Translations under genes and position numbers: made by a program | Part shown: one piece after another, positions 58,479-64,000 of the stretch | Layout of the letters: every line of letters starts with the position of its first letter | How positions within the stretch are numbered: position 1 is the stretch's first letter | Assembly (NCBI GenBank): GCA_963841435.1 | Contig: CAWJCS010000006.1 | Location: 544,001-608,000 of the forward strand | Origin: an uncultured delta proteobacterium | GTDB lineage: Bacteria; Myxococcota_A; Polyangia; Polyangiales; Polyangiaceae | Direction: 5' to 3' | DNA: 64,000 nucleotides | The notes under the pieces: generated by a model | Told to the model about the DNA's origin: nothing | What the model saw: the letters and a program-made list of their open reading frames with translations, nothing else | Database searches by the model: none

Positions 58479-59354
58479 TCACGGTGCGGCGCGGGCAGCC
58501 GACGCTTCGCCGTCGCGCGCGAACGTCGCCACTCGATAGCCAATCGCCCCGGATGCGAGCGACCGTCTGAGCGCGTCGCCTCCATCCCACGACCGCAGGT
58601 ACTCGCTGTCCAGGCCGAGCCTACGACCCAGCCAGCCCCCGAAGCGGATGCCGAGCTGCCTCAAATCGCTCGGTTCGAGGTATCCCGTCAGATCGAGACT
58701 GCGGAGCAGCGAAAAGCCGTGGTTCTTTGCCTGAACGCTCGCACGCTCGAGCGAGACCAGGGTGCCGACGCGCCAGCCTTCACGGAACCGCTCGACGAGA
58801 CGTGCCTCGTTTTGGCTGAGCGTCCGCTCCGCGAGAAAGTCGTCGCACACGACGAGGCGCCCGCCGGGGCGGAGCACGCGCGATACGGATTCGAAGAACA
58901 GCTCGCCGCTCGAGCTGTGCGCGAACGATTCGATGGCAAACGCAACGTCAACCGGTGGCGCGATGGGCGGGAGCGCCAAGAAGCTCGTCTGGACGCAGCT
59001 GAGCCTCTCGGAAAGCCCCGCCCGGGCAAAGCGCTCGCGTGCGTGGGCCACCTGAACGCCGCTCAGCGTGACGCCGATGCCGCGAACGGCGCTCTGCTTG
59101 GCGATGTAGACGAGGCTTTCACCGACGCCGCAGCCGAGATCGAGGACGGTCGTCGACGGCGACGCCTCGCCAATCTCCTTCAGGACCAGATTCTCGACCC
59201 ACGAAAACGCGGCGTCTCGTGAGGTGACGCCCGGCGCCCAGACGGCGCGGTGCATGAAGGCGCCCCCGTATCCGCGCCGCACGAAGCGCGGCGTGTTCTC
59301 GTCGTAGTAGCGGCGCACGACGCTTTCGTGCGCGTCAGGATGCCCTCCGGACAC
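58479..59354 (-). CDS. Class I SAM-dependent methyltransferase
   Basis: VLDLGCGVG, GVTLSGVQ, AIESFAH, RVLRPGGRLVVCD. Confidence 0.92.
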   Translation of the reverse strand: MSGGHPDAHESVVRRYYDENTPRFVRRGYGGAFMHRAVWAPGVTSRDAAFSWVENLVLKEIGEASPSTTVLDLGCGVGESLVYIAKQSAVRGIGVTLSGVQVAHARERFARAGLSERLSCVQTSFLALPPIAPPVDVAFAIESFAHSSSGELFFESVSRVLRPGGRLVVCDDFLAERTLSQNEARLVERFREGWRVGTLVSLERASVQAKNHGFSLLRSLDLTGYLEPSDLRQLGIRFGGWLGRRLGLDSEYLRSWDGGDALRRSLASGAIGYRVATFARDGEASAARAAP

Positions 59355-59426
59355 GAGAACGTCAATACACCGGCGGCCAGGCTCGTGTCGAAGTCCGCGG
59401 CGCCACCCGCCCGCATGCCCCGACGC

Positions 59427-60185
59427 TCAGCGGGAGCGCTCGCGTACCGGCTTCCTCCCGACCTTCACGGCGGCGAAGGCGTTCGGGCAGCGAGTCGAGA
59501 CGGGGCACGCCGCGCAGGCGGGGCAGAGCGCCGTGCAGATGCGCCGGCCGTGGAAGATGAGGACGTGGCCGACGGCGTCCCAGTCCTTCGGCGCGAAGAT
59601 CCGCAGCAAATCTTGCTCGATTTCGCCGGGCTCCGTGTGGCTCGTCCAGCCGAGGCGCTGGCTGATGCGTTGCACGTGCGTGTCGACGACGACGCCCTCC
59701 GGCGCACCGAACGCCACGCCGAGCACGACGTTCGCCGTCTTGCGACCGACGCCTGGCAGCTTTACGAGCTCCGCGAGGGTGCGCGGCACTTCTCCAGCGT
59801 GCTCGGCAACGAGCTTTTGCGACAGCCCGACGATCGATTTCGTCTTCTGCCGAAAGAAGCCGAGCCGTCCGATGGCGCGCTCGACTTCGTCGGTCGCGGC
59901 GGCGGAGAGCTTGGCCGCGGTCGGCCAGCGCCGGAAGAGCTCGGGCGTCACTTTGTTCACCATCACGTCGGTGCTTTGCGCAGACAGCACCGTCGCCACG
60001 AGGAGCTGGAACGGCGAAGTGTACTCGAGCTCACAGTGAGCGTCGGCGTGCCGCGCGCGGAGCAGCTCGAAGGTGTGGCGCGCCTGGACGGGGTCGACGT
60101 TCGCCTTGCTCGTCGTCCTCGTCTTTTTGCCACCTGCTTTCGCGCGCGCGGCGCCGCGCGTCTTTCGCGGCCCGGGGCCGCGCAC
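59427..60185 (-). CDS. nth: Endonuclease III
   Basis: LLVATVLSAQSTD, HhH LPGVGRKTANVV, VDTHV.R, and Fe-S motif C-x6-C-x2-C-x5-C. Confidence 0.96.
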   Translation of the reverse strand: MRGPGPRKTRGAARAKAGGKKTRTTSKANVDPVQARHTFELLRARHADAHCELEYTSPFQLLVATVLSAQSTDVMVNKVTPELFRRWPTAAKLSAAATDEVERAIGRLGFFRQKTKSIVGLSQKLVAEHAGEVPRTLAELVKLPGVGRKTANVVLGVAFGAPEGVVVDTHVQRISQRLGWTSHTEPGEIEQDLLRIFAPKDWDAVGHVLIFHGRRICTALCPACAACPVSTRCPNAFAAVKVGRKPVRERSR

Positions 60186-60248
60186 GCCAGCGGCGGCCTT
60201 CTGTCGCCCGGCCCGGCGGTGGGCGCCTTCGGTGCGGGCTTTTTCGGC

Positions 60249-63116
<2,868 letters not shown>

Positions 63117-63488
63117 TTAGCGCAGGAGCTCCAGGGCGCGCCACGTGACGGCGAGGCCGACGAGGAAAAGTAGCCAAAACCACCAGGGTGTCGCCCGCCC
63201 GCCACCCAGCGAATCGCGCGAGCGTTCCGCGAGCGTGAGTCGCGTCTCGAGCGCCGAGAGGCGGTCTTCGAGCTCTCCGACCCGCGTCTCGAGGGGCATG
63301 TCCCCGCGAGGTGTCGGGCGAGGTAGGGACATGAGGGTGTCCGGATCCCGGCCCGAAGGCTCCGTGATCGACAGATCGGTGTCGCCCGGATCTCCCTCGG
63401 TCCGCGTGCCGCTCACGGGGCCCTCGATGCTGGGGCGGATCGCCGGGGGCGGCGTCGTCGGGGCAGCGTCTCGCTCGGGGTCCACCAT
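63117..63488 (-). CDS. Small hypothetical protein with coiled coil and C-terminal TM anchor
   Basis: Pro/acidic N-terminus, LETRVGELEDRLSALE coiled coil, WWFWLLFLVGLAV TM. Confidence 0.6.
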   Translation of the reverse strand: MVDPERDAAPTTPPPAIRPSIEGPVSGTRTEGDPGDTDLSITEPSGRDPDTLMSLPRPTPRGDMPLETRVGELEDRLSALETRLTLAERSRDSLGGGRATPWWFWLLFLVGLAVTWRALELLR

Positions 63489-63549
63489 GGTCCACTCCGG
63501 GCCGCCCATCTTACGCGCGACCCGGAACAAAAGATTCCCGGAACCTTTC

Positions 63550-64000
63550 TTAGAAGAAGTTTCCGATGGTGAACTCGAAAACGCTCGGTTCTTCGTAGGG
63601 GAGCGGTTTGAACGGAAAGCCCCACTCGAAACGCAGCGGCCCGAGTGGCGAAAACCAGCGAAAGCCGAAGCCCCAGGACGTTCTCAGCGTCGTGAGCGAG
63701 CTCAGTCCGTGGAAGCACGGGCTGACGGCGGGGTAGCGGATGGCGATGCCGCCAGCGTCGCAGTAATTTTGCTCGAGGTTCCAGGCGTTGCCGGCGTCGG
63801 TGAAGATCACGCCGCGGAGCCCCACGGCTTCGACGATCGGCACCTCGATCTCGAGGTTCTGGAAGTACTGCATGTTGCCGCCGATGTTGGCGCCGTTCGG
63901 GATCGGGACGCTGTTGGGATCGGTCGAGTTCGTGAGCCCGACGCGCGGACCGATCGAGCGGTATTGGAACCCGCGCACGTCGAAAATCCCGCCCAGGAAG
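63550..64000 (-). CDS. bamA: BamA, C-terminal part (truncated by the window end)
   Basis: VRGF motif, GGN, FTDAGN, SWGFGFRWFSPLGPLRFEWG, FEFTIGNFF. Confidence 0.95.
   Translation of the reverse strand, partial: FLGGIFDVRGFQYRSIGPRVGLTNSTDPNSVPIPNGANIGGNMQYFQNLEIEVPIVEAVGLRGVIFTDAGNAWNLEQNYCDAGGIAIRYPAVSPCFHGLSSLTTLRTSWGFGFRWFSPLGPLRFEWGFPFKPLPYEEPSVFEFTIGNFF

Overview
High-GC chromosomal window whose gene content points to a myxobacterium (Myxococcota, probably Polyangiaceae-like). It is mostly core genome: rpoD-dnaG, a MacAB-type ABC exporter, dnaX-recR, bioA, a sigma54-type gspC-N type II secretion operon, scpA-meaB, mglC-accB-accC, nth, gyrA and the 3' end of bamA. I found no rRNA, tRNA, CRISPR array or mobile element. 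Apparent single-base frameshifts in gspI, gspJ and a beta-barrel gene, plus many in gyrA, look like sequencing or assembly indels. Five observations stand out. (1) A ~1,770-aa protein combines an N-terminal effector-associated-domain (EAD)-like module, a probable pseudokinase, a long TPR array and a myxobacterial C-terminal domain. (2) A full-length aconitase homologue has lost all three Fe-S cysteines and every catalytic motif I could align. (3) Paired GACA-N3-TGTC boxes lie both over the enhancer-binding protein's own sigma70 promoter and upstream of the T2SS sigma54 promoter, suggesting one regulatory circuit. (4) A myxobacterial-type LexA box sits inside the promoter of a PA0069-like radical SAM gene. 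(5) An extra GspG-like pseudopilin lacks a prepilin cleavage motif. All family assignments come from motif recognition by eye; no database search was run.
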